A stretch of DNA of 64,000 nucleotides from Patescibacteria group bacterium (GCA_041660565.1 JBAZWC010000001.1:174481-238480); one strand, 5' to 3'; counted from the stretch's first letter, positions 9,739 through 20,777 are shown. The notes: generated by a model from the sequence alone, not told the origin. Made by a program: numbers and translations.

Positions 9739-10548
9739 TTATTTCTGAATAAATAATTCGTTTTGGCGGATAAATGACATTAATAAACTATGTAAAAACG
9801 GGGTGCGAAGCTGAGATTTGTATTGCAAAACCGCTTCGTTTTTCTGATCAATTTGACCTGTGGATAAATTATATTTTAACCACTTATGATCGGCGTCAAT
9901 CAAACTTATTGGAGGTAATAAGGCATTGTTGATATTATAATCTTGCGGGCGAGGAAACGCTTTATAATGTATTAAGTACGAATAAATTTTGACATTAGAA
10001 AGTGAACTTGCTTGATTAATAACGGCCGTGCCGAGTTGGCTATGGTCGGGGTGATCATCAAACGGATCGGTTACAAAGATAATCGTTGGTTTGGTCTGAG
10101 CTAATGTTTCATTGATTGATTTCTCAAGTTGAGCAGAGTATTTTGACAGTTTGGAATCTGGATAGTTGTAAAAAGAGATGTCCGGGCTTAATACTCCTAA
10201 TATGCTTCCAGCTTTGGTGGCTTCGCTACTGCGAGTCTGTTTTAGCCCGCGCTTATTGCCATCAGTGGCAAAAATGATATTTACTTTTGCTCCTGATTCG
10301 GTGGCAGACGCAATATAACCACCAACGCCCAGGGTTTCGTCGTCCTGATGTGGGGCAAAGACATCAATAACGTCGGTTTGGGTAGGAGGTGGCATATTTG
10401 AAAATAGTTCGATAGTGGCTTGGGGTAAACTGCCAAAATAGCGAAAGTAGATTAAATAGCTAAAACCAAGAATTAGGCATATTGCAGCAACAGATCTGAC
10501 TTTACGGCTTTTAGCAAATGATGTGGCTTTGGTATGGACGGAACTCAT
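9739..10548 (-). CDS. PIG-L family deacetylase, membrane-anchored
   Basis: APHQDDETLG, ATDG, DDHPDH. Confidence 0.9.
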   Translation of the reverse strand: MSSVHTKATSFAKSRKVRSVAAICLILGFSYLIYFRYFGSLPQATIELFSNMPPPTQTDVIDVFAPHQDDETLGVGGYIASATESGAKVNIIFATDGNKRGLKQTRSSEATKAGSILGVLSPDISFYNYPDSKLSKYSAQLEKSINETLAQTKPTIIFVTDPFDDHPDHSQLGTAVINQASSLSNVKIYSYLIHYKAFPRPQDYNINNALLPPISLIDADHKWLKYNLSTGQIDQKNEAVLQYKSQLRTPFLHSLLMSFIRQNELFIQK

Positions 10549-11708
10549 TTATTAGTCACCTTATTATATATTGATTCAAAATTGTCATATGATTTTTCAA
10601 TTTCGTGCTCCTCTACCATTTCTAAACTTCGCACGCCCATTTCTTTTGCTATTTTCTTATTAGCTAAAATTTGTTCGATTTTCTCTGCCATATCGTCAAC
10701 ATCACCGGGTTTAAAAATATACCCATTAACTCCATTTTGCACTAATTCCGGCAATGCGCCAGCGTTGGGGACAACTAGTGGCAGCTCGGAGGCCATTGCC
10801 TCAAGCGCTACAATTCCTTGGGTTTCGATATTTGATCCGGTAACGAATACGCTAGACATCTGGTAAAACTGAGGCAATTCGGTTTGATGGTTAATAAAAC
10901 CAATAAATGCGATATTTTTTGACTCCCCTGCCTCTTGGATGCGTTTTATCAGCTCGTCTTTTCGATTTCCCTCACCACAAACAACCATAAATATGTCATG
11001 CTTTTGGCGCAACTTTATGAATGTTTCAATTACCATCTCGGAGCTTTTATCTTGGTCTAATCTGCCAACGTGAAGGACAATTTGCTTGTCCGGGATGTGG
11101 TATTGTTTCTTAATTTCAGCAAAGTTAAAGCTAGGGAAAAATTGTTCCAAATTTACCCCATTAGAAATCACAATTGCCGGGGTGGTTAATTTGGGATGAT
11201 TAAATTTATTTCGAATGGTTGCAGATGGGAATGTGATGTAGTCGCACCGATTGTAAATATTGACCAAATATTTTTCGATGATCTTAGCCACTTGAGGGTG
11301 CACCGGTTTAAGCAACGGTAAATATGACAAAATGTAGTCAAATGCAAAATGGTTTGTCATTACCACAGGGATATCCAGCTTTTTGGCCATGCGCAAGGTG
11401 GCAACACAGGTTCCCAGCGGATCTTGCAAATGTATTACGTCGGGATGAATTTCTCGCAGCAATTTTCGGATGATGCGATAGCTAAAAATGGTGTTGCGGT
11501 GGTTGGATCGAAATGGATTTTTACGAGATCGGATGCGATGTACTGTTACGTCCCCGTCCATTTCAATTAAGGACTTCATCTTGGTTGAGGGACAAATTAC
11601 ATGTACTTCGTGACCGCGCTTTTGCATACCGAGGGCTAAATATCGTGCAAATACAGATACACCGGAGATGGTGGGTAAATAACTTTCGCTGGCGATTACA
11701 ATTTTCAT
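10545..11708 (-). CDS. Glycosyltransferase family 4 (glycolipid synthase-like)
   Basis: SESYLPTISGVS, VGRLDQDK, ETQGIVALEAMA. Confidence 0.9.
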   Translation of the reverse strand: MKIVIASESYLPTISGVSVFARYLALGMQKRGHEVHVICPSTKMKSLIEMDGDVTVHRIRSRKNPFRSNHRNTIFSYRIIRKLLREIHPDVIHLQDPLGTCVATLRMAKKLDIPVVMTNHFAFDYILSYLPLLKPVHPQVAKIIEKYLVNIYNRCDYITFPSATIRNKFNHPKLTTPAIVISNGVNLEQFFPSFNFAEIKKQYHIPDKQIVLHVGRLDQDKSSEMVIETFIKLRQKHDIFMVVCGEGNRKDELIKRIQEAGESKNIAFIGFINHQTELPQFYQMSSVFVTGSNIETQGIVALEAMASELPLVVPNAGALPELVQNGVNGYIFKPGDVDDMAEKIEQILANKKIAKEMGVRSLEMVEEHEIEKSYDNFESIYNKVTNK

Positions 11709-12565
11709 TATCTTTTTCCGATCATTTTATCAATAAATGCTGTTAAACTGTCTGTGCCGCTAATGCGTATGCGTGGCAGCTCGTAAAGCGGAGATTTGTC
11801 GCTAGCAAAACCATAAAGCGTGGTAACGGCGCAAATATCACCCGCTTTTTTGACCTCCGAAATTGTGGTTGAGTTATATTTGCCAGCCGGATATGCAAAC
11901 ACTTTGGTGCTCCCGGCGCTCTGACTAATCTCATCGAATTGTTTAGTCGCCGAAATTGAAGCTAAATCTAAGTGATGAACGGTGTGTGCACCAATTTCCA
12001 TACCATTGGTTTGCATGGTTTGAATTTGAGTACTGGTTAGATATCGGGGGTGGTTGGTAAATCCGGAAACAATAAAAAACGTACCAGTCATCTGATATTT
12101 TTGTAACGCGGGCAGCGCGGCCGAATAAGCATCGTCATATCCGTCATCAAAAGTAATCACTACTGGTTTTGTGTCTGTCGAAAAATTGGCGGTGCAAAAG
12201 TTGGTAAGCGATATGGTGTGATAACCATTTTGGTTTAGCCAGCTTAGTTGCTGGTCAAAATTGGATGGCGTAACAGACAGGTTGAATCCGAGCTTGTCTT
12301 TTGGATCGGTGACAGTGCGAATGTAGTGATACATTAAAATTGGCACCGAGTATTTGGTGGCAGTAACCGTTGGGGCAGTGGCTTGGGGTGCTTCGTCTCC
12401 GGTGGTGTAGTGAACAGGTTGTGTGCTAGTAGCAGCGTGATTTTTTTGGTGGTGATAATAACGCGTTGTCCAAAACCCAACCCCAAAAGTAATAACAAAT
12501 ATTAATATTGCTACAATAATCAATAAATTAGGTCGTTCATCGCGACCGTGTTTGTTCTTGCTCAC
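11708..12565 (-). CDS. Polysaccharide deacetylase (CE4), membrane-anchored
   Basis: PILMYHYI, ITFDDGY, EIGAHTVHH, FAYPAG. Confidence 0.9.
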   Translation of the reverse strand: MSKNKHGRDERPNLLIIVAILIFVITFGVGFWTTRYYHHQKNHAATSTQPVHYTTGDEAPQATAPTVTATKYSVPILMYHYIRTVTDPKDKLGFNLSVTPSNFDQQLSWLNQNGYHTISLTNFCTANFSTDTKPVVITFDDGYDDAYSAALPALQKYQMTGTFFIVSGFTNHPRYLTSTQIQTMQTNGMEIGAHTVHHLDLASISATKQFDEISQSAGSTKVFAYPAGKYNSTTISEVKKAGDICAVTTLYGFASDKSPLYELPRIRISGTDSLTAFIDKMIGKR

Positions 12566-12611
12566 TATAAGTATTTTAACAGAATTTGCGTATTTTAGCC
12601 AAAAATGACCT

Positions 12612-15431
12612 TCATTTACTCATTGACTGGGGGCAGAATTGGGCAAATGGGCAGTATTGGCAAGTAAATTTGCTTGGAGTAGCATCTAACTGCTCTTTTT
12701 CAATCAGGCCGACTATTTTATCTATACGCTCTAGCTGGCGATCAATTTGCTTTTGGGTAACGGTTTTGATGCCAAATAAATTGCTAGAGGGAAAGTACAG
12801 TGCGGTTTGCGGAATAACGTTGTGCGAATTTTGCCAAGCCAACGCGTACAACGTCAGTTGATCGCTGTCTTTGGTCTTGGTGTCTGCATCAGACTGATTC
12901 GTAACCGAACTCGACGTTTTAAAGTCGATAATCAAGGGCAATTTATTGTTCGAGATTGAGCCTAGTCCATTATGATATACTGCATCTATTCGACCGACCA
13001 ATTTGGTGGTGGTCATTTTTACTTCAAATTTATGTTCTATTGAATCAGGAGCCGGTAATTTTGCGAACATTTGATAAAAATTATTAATCTGATTTTGACA
13101 TTCAATTTTCATTTCGGCTTGGTGTTGTGCGTCTAAAAATCCTCGATTATTCCAGTTCAGTTGTAGCCGGTTTTGAAGATCGTCTAATGAGGGTAAGCGA
13201 TTTTGCTGACGCTCGGTAAAAAACCAGGCAAATAATGAGTGCATTAATGAACCCACGTTAGCCGAAAAATCGCTTGGGGCGGCCAGTTTATCTACGCTGA
13301 TAAATTTATATTTTAATGGACAATCATCATAATTTTGTAAAGTGTGCGGGTTGATTGATTTAACTTCAACCGACTTTTTTTGAGGTACAAGGCTTTCCGG
13401 GCTGGTTTCGATCAATTTTGCACTGGTTTCTTCAACTCGCGAAATGTTTGATAGCTCAGAGATAAATCGAGACTCTTTGCGCTCGCGAGTGCCTGATCCG
13501 TAAACCCTTGCTGCGCTCAAGCTAACCTCGTGTTTTGCTCGAGTGATGGCGGTATAAAACAATCGGCGCTCTTCTTTAATAAATTCTTCTGCTTCGTCGA
13601 TTGGATATTTTAGTAAGTCAGATGGAATTATATACCCTCGCTGAATGTTTATTGATGGAAATCTTCCCTCTGCCAAATTGGTGATGTACACGTATGGATA
13701 TTCGGTGCCTTTAGCGGTGTGCACAGTCAGCAGTCTTACTCCCCCACCGGCAATAATTTCTTCCGTTGCGTTGTCGGACAAAATAGTAGATAAATTTTCT
13801 ATAAAATGGAGCAGCTTATTATCAGATGAAAGCGATTCAAAGCGCTGTACGGCCGAAGTTAGGCTAAATAATCCGGTAACAATTTGGCTTGGGTCTTGAT
13901 ACATATCAGACGAGTTAAAAAACTCGGCGCGTTTTTTATACCAATTTAATATCAAATCCGAAGTTTTTAAGTGGTGAAGCTGTTTACGCGCCCACGCAAT
14001 ATCATCCAGTAAGTTTTGACAACTTTGCGTTAGTTTTTCATCACGGGCCACAATTTCTTCGATCGGCGTGTGAGTAGATTTGGTTTCGGATAAGGCGTAG
14101 ATTAATTTCTCGGGATTGATTTTATAAATCGGTGATGTTGCCAAGAAGAAAAACGGCAAAAACTGATGCGGGTCAGCTACCACTTGGCAGTAATAAACAA
14201 TCAGCTTGACTATAGGGTCGTCCATTAGACCAGCTTCGGTTTTGGTGATGAATGGGATTTGTGCCGAGGTCAGTTTTTCAGCAAAGATGCGGGATTGATT
14301 GTTGGTGCGAACCAAAACACAGCAGTCTTCCGGCTCAGCTCCGGCTTTAATCTTGGCGGTAATATCTGAGACAACCCACCTAGCCTCTTCATTTTCAGTT
14401 AGAAATGATCGAAGTGGAATGGCGGATGAGGAGCCATGTCGAGATGACACTTGCGAGCGAAGTCGCTTATCGATTTTGGCCGAAACTTCTAGCCGATCCG
14501 GGTTGTTGTGTTGAATCAGGGCGTAAGCGTTGTCTAAAATAAATTGAGGCGAGCGAAAATTATCAATTAAGGTTACAATTTTGCAATTTTGATAATGAGT
14601 ACGAAATTGTTCCATTTGCCCGGTTGTGGCGCCACGAAATCGATAAATCGATTGGTCGTCATCCCCCACTACCGTGATGTTGTGCTTTGCCGGGGCAAGC
14701 AATTTGACTATCTCGGTTTGGGCCACATTGGTGTCTTGGTATTCATCCACTAAAATATATTGATATGTTTGACGAAGCTGTGTGGTTACATTTGGGTGGT
14801 CTGACAACAGTTCGTAAGTTTTCATTAGTAAATCGCCATAATCCAAAAAATTATTGCTAAGCAGTAAGTCTTGATAAATCTGATACGCTTGGGCGAGTTC
14901 TTGTAGTTCGATGTTCTCGGGCGACTCATTGGCAAAGTCCAGTAACTTATTAGGGGAAATCAGCTCGTCTTTGCAACGCGAGAAAAAGTTTAACATTGGT
15001 TCAATCTTAACTGTTGGGTTAGACAGCGGTCTTAAATCGCCTGCCGGAAATTTTGTAATATGACTTTTGACAAATAGTTTTTGTTCAAGATCGGTTAAAA
15101 GCCTGGTAGATTCTGAGATGTTAGTGTATTGGCTAAACTGGCGCAAAATCTGCTGGCTAAAGCCATGAAAGGTGCTAATGGTGACACCAAAAACTCCAAG
15201 CGGTAATAAAATATCGACGCGCTCAGACATCTCCTTGGCCGCTTTTTCGGTAAACGTTAAGGCCAAGATGTTTTCCGGTTTGACGCCACTATCCACCAAG
15301 TAGGCAATTTTGGTGGTGATAACGGTGGTTTTACCTGTTCCGGCACCGGCAATGATCATCATTGGTCCCTGTTGGTGCTTCACCGCCGCAATTTGGTCTG
15401 GTGTTAGTTTGGAAAGATAATCATTATTCAT
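12612..15431 (-). CDS. UvrD/PcrA-like SF1 helicase with C-terminal PD-(D/E)xK nuclease
   Basis: AGAGTGKT, VDEYQDTN, VGDDDQSIYRFRGA, EERRLFY; GRIDAV, IIDFKT, QLTLY, CQYCPFAQFC. Confidence 0.9.
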   Translation of the reverse strand: MNNDYLSKLTPDQIAAVKHQQGPMMIIAGAGTGKTTVITTKIAYLVDSGVKPENILALTFTEKAAKEMSERVDILLPLGVFGVTISTFHGFSQQILRQFSQYTNISESTRLLTDLEQKLFVKSHITKFPAGDLRPLSNPTVKIEPMLNFFSRCKDELISPNKLLDFANESPENIELQELAQAYQIYQDLLLSNNFLDYGDLLMKTYELLSDHPNVTTQLRQTYQYILVDEYQDTNVAQTEIVKLLAPAKHNITVVGDDDQSIYRFRGATTGQMEQFRTHYQNCKIVTLIDNFRSPQFILDNAYALIQHNNPDRLEVSAKIDKRLRSQVSSRHGSSSAIPLRSFLTENEEARWVVSDITAKIKAGAEPEDCCVLVRTNNQSRIFAEKLTSAQIPFITKTEAGLMDDPIVKLIVYYCQVVADPHQFLPFFFLATSPIYKINPEKLIYALSETKSTHTPIEEIVARDEKLTQSCQNLLDDIAWARKQLHHLKTSDLILNWYKKRAEFFNSSDMYQDPSQIVTGLFSLTSAVQRFESLSSDNKLLHFIENLSTILSDNATEEIIAGGGVRLLTVHTAKGTEYPYVYITNLAEGRFPSINIQRGYIIPSDLLKYPIDEAEEFIKEERRLFYTAITRAKHEVSLSAARVYGSGTRERKESRFISELSNISRVEETSAKLIETSPESLVPQKKSVEVKSINPHTLQNYDDCPLKYKFISVDKLAAPSDFSANVGSLMHSLFAWFFTERQQNRLPSLDDLQNRLQLNWNNRGFLDAQHQAEMKIECQNQINNFYQMFAKLPAPDSIEHKFEVKMTTTKLVGRIDAVYHNGLGSISNNKLPLIIDFKTSSSVTNQSDADTKTKDSDQLTLYALAWQNSHNVIPQTALYFPSSNLFGIKTVTQKQIDRQLERIDKIVGLIEKEQLDATPSKFTCQYCPFAQFCPQSMSK

Positions 15432-15471
15432 ACTACTAAGTTAGTCCAAATACCAACATTCCACAATCTAG

Positions 15472-15503
15472 AATTGGACTAATTGGATTGATTGGCTTAA
15501 TTG
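15472..15503. repeat. AATTGG(A/C)-unit short repeat; similar tracts at 26431-26451, 27601-27625, 53556-53593
   Basis: AATTGGACTAATTGGATTGATTGG repeated in several intergenic regions. Confidence 0.5.
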
Positions 15504-15526
15504 GAGGCCCGGATGAATTATTTTAA

Positions 15527-15862
15527 TTAGATTAGTTTGTCAAAATGTTCTTGAATGACGGTTTTGGGGAGGGCGCCTACGGTAGTATCTACCACTTCCC
15601 CATCTTTAAAGAATAGTACGGTTGGAATACTCATTACGCCAAATTTTTCGGCCATTTTATTATTATCATCTACGTCTAATTTACAAACTTTAATTTTACC
15701 GGCGTATTCTGCCGCTAACGCATCGATAATTGGCGATAATACTCGACAAGGTTGGCACCAGGTGGCCCAGCAGTCAACTACTACGGGGAATTTACTTTTG
15801 AGAACAATTTGGTCAAAAGTGTCGTCGGTGACTACGACTACGTGCTGGGTTGCTTCGGGCAT
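15527..15862 (-). CDS. trxA: Thioredoxin
   Basis: WATWCQPC, GVMSIPT. Confidence 0.9.
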   Translation of the reverse strand: MPEATQHVVVVTDDTFDQIVLKSKFPVVVDCWATWCQPCRVLSPIIDALAAEYAGKIKVCKLDVDDNNKMAEKFGVMSIPTVLFFKDGEVVDTTVGALPKTVIQEHFDKLI

Positions 15863-15911
15863 ATTCTCTCCTTGTTATTTTTTTCGTACGTTGTAATGAT
15901 ACCTTATTTTG

Positions 15912-16379
15912 TTAGGTTGATGCAATTACTTCGTCTGATTTGCTTAAGGAGTCGATTTTAGTTGATTTGGATTTATCAAACTTGGCTGTTAGATAGTTTA
16001 GAACATAATTAGTTAGATTTTGGGGGTCGCGATCGTCAATGGTCATTGATGTACTTGGCAGTAATGTGATGTTATTTTGCAATAGTTCAGATACGGTTTG
16101 ACACCACAAATTAATAAATCGAATTTCGACAAAATTAGCAGAATCAAGATCAATAAATATCATATATGGTATGATATTTTCTGATAATCCGACAATTAAT
16201 TTTCCTTGCCACCCTGAAATATCAAAAGTATGAATAATCGCTTTTTGGTCAGTTTCGGCAACGTCAATCGGTTTTTTTATCTCATCGTCAACAAATAAGC
16301 GCTCGTTATCACTATCGGCTTCAGTGATAGTCGATTTTAAAGCTTCTGGTTGAGTTAAGATATTGATCGGACTGGCCAT
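15912..16379 (-). CDS. Hypothetical protein downstream of ftsZ
   Basis: 155-aa ORF starting 2 nt after the ftsZ stop. Confidence 0.65.
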   Translation of the reverse strand: MASPINILTQPEALKSTITEADSDNERLFVDDEIKKPIDVAETDQKAIIHTFDISGWQGKLIVGLSENIIPYMIFIDLDSANFVEIRFINLWCQTVSELLQNNITLLPSTSMTIDDRDPQNLTNYVLNYLTAKFDKSKSTKIDSLSKSDEVIAST

Positions 16380-16381
16380 TA

Positions 16382-17587
16382 TTATTTGAGTTTTCGACGG
16401 ATGAATGCAGGTACGTCTAGCTGGTCATTGTCTTGGTCGTTAGTAGAATCGGTTGGGGTTTCGGTGGGCGTTTCCGATGCGCCTTGGTGTAATCCGAAAC
16501 GATCCATGGCCTCGGTTAACGGGGTTGGTTCTCTTTGGGCTTGAGGCTGTTGGTTATAATTGCCTAAAGTTGATCGGTTTGGTTGCATTGGGATTTGAGA
16601 GGTGCCGCCCAAGCCTGGTTTTTTCACCGGACGCGGAAGTTCGCCTTCAAAACCGGTGGCAATAACGGTGATTTTAACTTCACCGGACATGGCGTCATCA
16701 ATTATTGCGCCAAAGATAATATTTGCGTCTGGGTCGGCGGCTTCGGTAATGGCCTTAGCGGCTTCATCTATTTCATACATTCCGAGGTCAGGGCCGCCGG
16801 TAATGTTAAACAGAATACCTTTGGCGCCATCAATAGATAGCTCCAAAAGTGGGCTTTCGATTGCGGCTCGAGCAGCCTCGATAGCACGATTATCACCCGA
16901 TCCACGCCCAATACCCATCAAAGCAGACCCGGCATCGGACATAATGGCGCGAACATCGGCAAAGTCAACGTTAATAATGCCATGAAGCGTAATTAAATCG
17001 GAAATACCCTGCACACCTTGGCGTAGCACATCATCTACAATGCCAAATGCGTCTGACAGTGAGGTCTTTTTGTCGATGACTTGTAGCAAACGGTCATTTG
17101 GGATGGTGATAAGCGTGTCCACATTGCCTTTTAGCTCGTCGATGCCCGCTTCGGCGATTTTACGGCGGCGTTGGCCTTCAAAGCTAAATGGCTTGGTTAC
17201 AACACCAACGGTTAACGCGCCTAACTCTCTAGCGATGCTGGCAACGATTGGCGCGGCTCCCGTTCCGGTTCCGCCACCGGCGCCGTAGGTAACAAATACC
17301 ATATCGGCCCCTTTTAGGGCTTCATAAATCTCGTCTTTGTTTTCTTCGATCGCTCGGCGACCAACCTCTGGGTCTGCACCGGAGCCAAGACCTCGTGTAG
17401 AGTCTTTGCCAATTTGAATTTTAATACTGGCGTCACTGTGCCCAAGGGCTTGCGCGTCTGTATTAATACAAACAAACTCAATACTACGAAGTTTTGAGTT
17501 TATCATTCGATTTATGGCCGACCCCCCTGATCCACCAACACCCACTACCTTTATGACCGCGAAATTATCTGACTCTCGTTTTTCCAT
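16382..17587 (-). CDS. ftsZ: Cell division protein FtsZ
   Basis: [10 protein letters not shown] tubulin signature; C-terminal LDVPAFIRR. Confidence 0.98.
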   Translation of the reverse strand: MEKRESDNFAVIKVVGVGGSGGSAINRMINSKLRSIEFVCINTDAQALGHSDASIKIQIGKDSTRGLGSGADPEVGRRAIEENKDEIYEALKGADMVFVTYGAGGGTGTGAAPIVASIARELGALTVGVVTKPFSFEGQRRRKIAEAGIDELKGNVDTLITIPNDRLLQVIDKKTSLSDAFGIVDDVLRQGVQGISDLITLHGIINVDFADVRAIMSDAGSALMGIGRGSGDNRAIEAARAAIESPLLELSIDGAKGILFNITGGPDLGMYEIDEAAKAITEAADPDANIIFGAIIDDAMSGEVKITVIATGFEGELPRPVKKPGLGGTSQIPMQPNRSTLGNYNQQPQAQREPTPLTEAMDRFGLHQGASETPTETPTDSTNDQDNDQLDVPAFIRRKLK

Positions 17588-17701
17588 TGCGTCTCCTTTG
17601 TGGCCGATTCGGCAAATCTAGGAAAACGCCCCACCGTATCCTTGCGCCTTAATGCCAGCTTAAGCTAGATCACCCGAATCTAGCAAAATTAAGCCTTATA
17701 T

Positions 17702-18958
17702 TTAGGGTATAAATTGTTTGAAAAACCCTCGGGCTTTATCTACCACGGCTCCAACCTTAGTAAAATCTGCCCGATTGTTGGGTTTGAGTGAAGTATGGTT
17801 ATCCACATTCCACATCATTAGTCCAACACTGGTAGAATAGAGAGGATCATTCAATTTGTCAACCATCCCCGATAATGGAAGCTGTGGCCGACCAATACTG
17901 GCAGGCAAACGGAGCGTTTCTTTAACCAAATCAGTCAGTCCGCTAATCTGACAACCGCCACCGGTTAGCACTACCCCGGCGGGTAATAAACCGTCACGTC
18001 CGACGTTTCTTAATTCATCGCGCACCATTAGCAATATCTCGTTTAGTCTGGCTTCGATAATTTCGGAAACGTATTTTAGGCTAACAGTCTCGTTGTCATA
18101 ATCGCTCAGTGTACTTAGATCTAGCTGATCTTTGTCGTTGTATTGATCTGCTTTCGCCGCGCCGTGACTAATTTTGATTTTCTCTGCGGTATCAATTGAT
18201 GTGCGTAAACCGATTGCGATGTCGTTAGTAATGTTATTCGAGCCCAATGGAATGGCGGCGGTGTGCAGCACATCCCCTTCTTCAAAAATGGTCAAGGTGG
18301 TGGTTTGGGCGCCGATGTCGAGTAAAACCACTCCAAGTTCGGACTGTTTTTTAGTGATCAATGCTTTGGCAGTAGCAAGCGGCGAATAAACAATCTCTTG
18401 AATATCGATGCCAGATTGAAAAACGCATTTGGTCAAATTCTTAATTGCCATTGTGGCGCAAGAAATGATCACCGCTTCGGTTTCCAATCTAATTCCACTC
18501 ATCCCTACCGGATCACTAACGCCATCTGCGCTATCAACAGTGAACTGTCTGGGGATAATATGCAAAATGTCGCGATTCGGGGTGTTTGGCAGTACTTTGG
18601 CGGCTTGAATCACCCGATCCACATCGTGCTCAGAAATTTCGCCGTCTGCCCTAGAAATAGCAATGACGCCTTTTGAAATTGTGGATTGAATATGAGGGCC
18701 GGTGATGCCAATTACGGCGGTGGTTATTGGCGCGCCGCACATCTGCTCGGCTTCTTCCAGCGCTTGTGAAATGGAGCTGACTGTTTCTTCGATATCAACT
18801 ACCATCCCTTTGCGAGTGCCGGATGAAGGCGAATAACCTAAACCAATAATATCAACGATACCGTCTTGGAATTGTCCGACGCACGTTGCAATTTTGGTGC
18901 TTCCAACATCTAAACCAGCAATAATAGTACGCTTGGCTGTAGCGATACTGTCCTCCAT
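17702..18958 (-). CDS. ftsA: Cell division protein FtsA
   Basis: GLDVGSTKI, LDIGAQTT, VVLTGGG; upstream of ftsZ. Confidence 0.95.
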   Translation of the reverse strand: MEDSIATAKRTIIAGLDVGSTKIATCVGQFQDGIVDIIGLGYSPSSGTRKGMVVDIEETVSSISQALEEAEQMCGAPITTAVIGITGPHIQSTISKGVIAISRADGEISEHDVDRVIQAAKVLPNTPNRDILHIIPRQFTVDSADGVSDPVGMSGIRLETEAVIISCATMAIKNLTKCVFQSGIDIQEIVYSPLATAKALITKKQSELGVVLLDIGAQTTTLTIFEEGDVLHTAAIPLGSNNITNDIAIGLRTSIDTAEKIKISHGAAKADQYNDKDQLDLSTLSDYDNETVSLKYVSEIIEARLNEILLMVRDELRNVGRDGLLPAGVVLTGGGCQISGLTDLVKETLRLPASIGRPQLPLSGMVDKLNDPLYSTSVGLMMWNVDNHTSLKPNNRADFTKVGAVVDKARGFFKQFIP

Positions 18959-19028
18959 CAATTATATATTCATTATAATAGAAAAGATGACCAAATGCCA
19001 AATATCATGATGCGCCAAACATTAATAT

Positions 19029-19141
19029 AATTCGAAATTAGAAACACGAAACAAATCCTAAATTCAAAATCTAAAAAATAAAAATTGTGATTTAAGATTT
19101 CGGTGCTTATTTCGTGCTTCGATATTCGTGCTTAGTGCTTT
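19029..19141. repeat. Heptamer-based imperfect inverted-repeat element
   Basis: Reverse complement aligns to 56582-56700 (AAGCACGAAA...AAGCACC.AAATCT.AAATCACAATTTT). Confidence 0.7.
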
Positions 19142-19146
19142 TGGTG

Positions 19147-19551
19147 TTAGTACATCAATGTTTCAAACAGCTCTTTAACGTATGGGTAAAAGATGAGCAC
19201 GGCCACCACAGCGGCAATAAAGGCAGCAATTAGTACGGCCCCGGCAAGCGCGTCTTTAACCTCACCGATAACGGAATGGCTATCCGGATGCAAAAAATCG
19301 AGAATTTTCTCGATTGCGGTATTAATAATTTCTAAAGCAAAAACCATAGTCACAGCGATAAAAATAATCATCGCCTCAACCCTGGTGATGTGAAAAGCCA
19401 CGGATAAGAAGAATGCCAAAACTGCTGCTGTTAAATGAATACGAGCGTTTTGTTCAGTGCGTAAAAGATGTTTAACCCCTTTGATGGCGTAGCCAAAACT
19501 CTTTAACAATGTCTTGCCATCTATCCCATTCACCGGTTCTTTCATGGTCAT
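19147..19551 (-). CDS. dgkA: Diacylglycerol/undecaprenol kinase family protein
   Basis: SFGYAIKG, EQNARIH, EIINTAIE, KDALAGAV. Confidence 0.9.
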   Translation of the reverse strand: MTMKEPVNGIDGKTLLKSFGYAIKGVKHLLRTEQNARIHLTAAVLAFFLSVAFHITRVEAMIIFIAVTMVFALEIINTAIEKILDFLHPDSHSVIGEVKDALAGAVLIAAFIAAVVAVLIFYPYVKELFETLMY

Positions 19552-19912
19552 ATCCTATCAAATGAATTAATCCGTGTAGCGTCATATCTATCATACTCTC
19601 ATTTTTAGCGAAACAAAAGCTAGGGCAAATAGAAATCGAGCCGATTATGTATGGCGATGTTTGGCGTTTTATCTCTGCCAAATTTGAAAATATGGGAAAA
19701 CTGAGCACGTCGGTTACTTTATCCACATGGCGATGCTTCTTGTTTAGAGTACGCATACGCATTGTGCCGACAAAATTGATTTCAACGATAACGTTTCCAG
19801 AAATCGATAGATCATTAAGAAAATCAAAAATCAACTGCTTAATTTCTAGCTCATTGGGCGTGTAATGGGTGGAATTAGATATTTCTACACTAATTGATAA
19901 ATCATTACGCAT
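19472..19912 (-). CDS. ybeY: rRNA maturation endoribonuclease YbeY
   Basis: LNKKHR..DKVTDVLSFP, HGLIHLIGYDH. Confidence 0.9.
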   Translation of the reverse strand: MRNDLSISVEISNSTHYTPNELEIKQLIFDFLNDLSISGNVIVEINFVGTMRMRTLNKKHRHVDKVTDVLSFPIFSNLAEIKRQTSPYIIGSISICPSFCFAKNESMIDMTLHGLIHLIGYDHERTGEWDRWQDIVKEFWLRHQRG

Positions 19913-19915
19913 ATA

Positions 19916-20365
19916 CTAAGACAAGAGCTGGTTAACAATAGCGCTAACCATTCCCCCATCCGCTTTTCCTTTTAATTGTGGCATCACCGCGCCCATCACT
20001 TTTGACATATCTTGTTTGCCCACCGCGCCGGTTGATGCAATGGCTTTGGCGACAATTGCCTTTACTTCGTCTTCAGACATTTGGGCAGGCAAAAATTGCA
20101 TCAAAAAATCAATTTCCTTTTGCTCTTTTTCGGCCAATTCCGGGCGATTGCCTTGGTGATACATCTCAATAGATTGTTTGCGTTTTTTAACTTCGGTTTG
20201 TACCACTGCAATCTCGGCAGCAGCATCTAACTGATGGTTTGTCCCCACTAGCGACGCGTTCATTAGTGCACTTTTAAGCATGCGTAAAGTATTCAACTCA
20301 AAAGCATTCTGAGACTTCATAGCTTCAGTTAATTTTGTATTAATTTGATCGGTTAGAGTGGCCAT
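19916..20365 (-). CDS. GatB/YqeY domain protein
   Basis: EAMKS..LRMLKS, KKRKQSIEMY, LPAQMS, KGKADG; start moved to ATG 20365. Confidence 0.9.
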   Translation of the reverse strand: MATLTDQINTKLTEAMKSQNAFELNTLRMLKSALMNASLVGTNHQLDAAAEIAVVQTEVKKRKQSIEMYHQGNRPELAEKEQKEIDFLMQFLPAQMSEDEVKAIVAKAIASTGAVGKQDMSKVMGAVMPQLKGKADGGMVSAIVNQLLS

Positions 20366-20366
20366 T

Positions 20367-20561
20367 TTAGTATCCTCTCTTGATCGCTTTGCGTTCCGCC
20401 TTGCGGATAGCCGACATACGGCGTTGACCGCGGCTAGGCTCTTCGGCAAAGTAACGTTTCTTTTTTACGATCGATAAAAGACCGCTTTGCTGGATATCGC
20501 GATTAAAGCGGCGTAGGAGCACATCAAATCTTTCGTGTTCTTTTTTACGAACTTCGGTCAT
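20367..20561 (-). CDS. rpsU: 30S ribosomal protein S21
   Basis: LLRRFNR..QQSG..KKKRY; rpsU-yqeY synteny. Confidence 0.85.
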   Translation of the reverse strand: MTEVRKKEHERFDVLLRRFNRDIQQSGLLSIVKKKRYFAEEPSRGQRRMSAIRKAERKAIKRGY

Positions 20562-20739
20562 GAATTAAAATTCACCTCACCTTCGAATTTATAATGTAAT
20601 AATAACAGATCCGCAGGACTATGTCCAGCGTATCAGATGATGGAGAATTGAGGATGGATGATGGATTATTTTCTTGTTCGAGGAGTGAAACGACGAGAAC
20701 TATCTTTGTTTCCATCCTCTATCCTCCACCCTCCGATAT

Positions 20740-20777
20740 AAAAATGAGGCGCCCCGCGATTACTCGCGAGACGCCCA
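20740..20777 (-). terminator. Intrinsic terminator of three-gene cassette
   Basis: GGCGTCTCGCG/CGCGGGGCGCC stem plus TCATTTTT. Confidence 0.65.
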
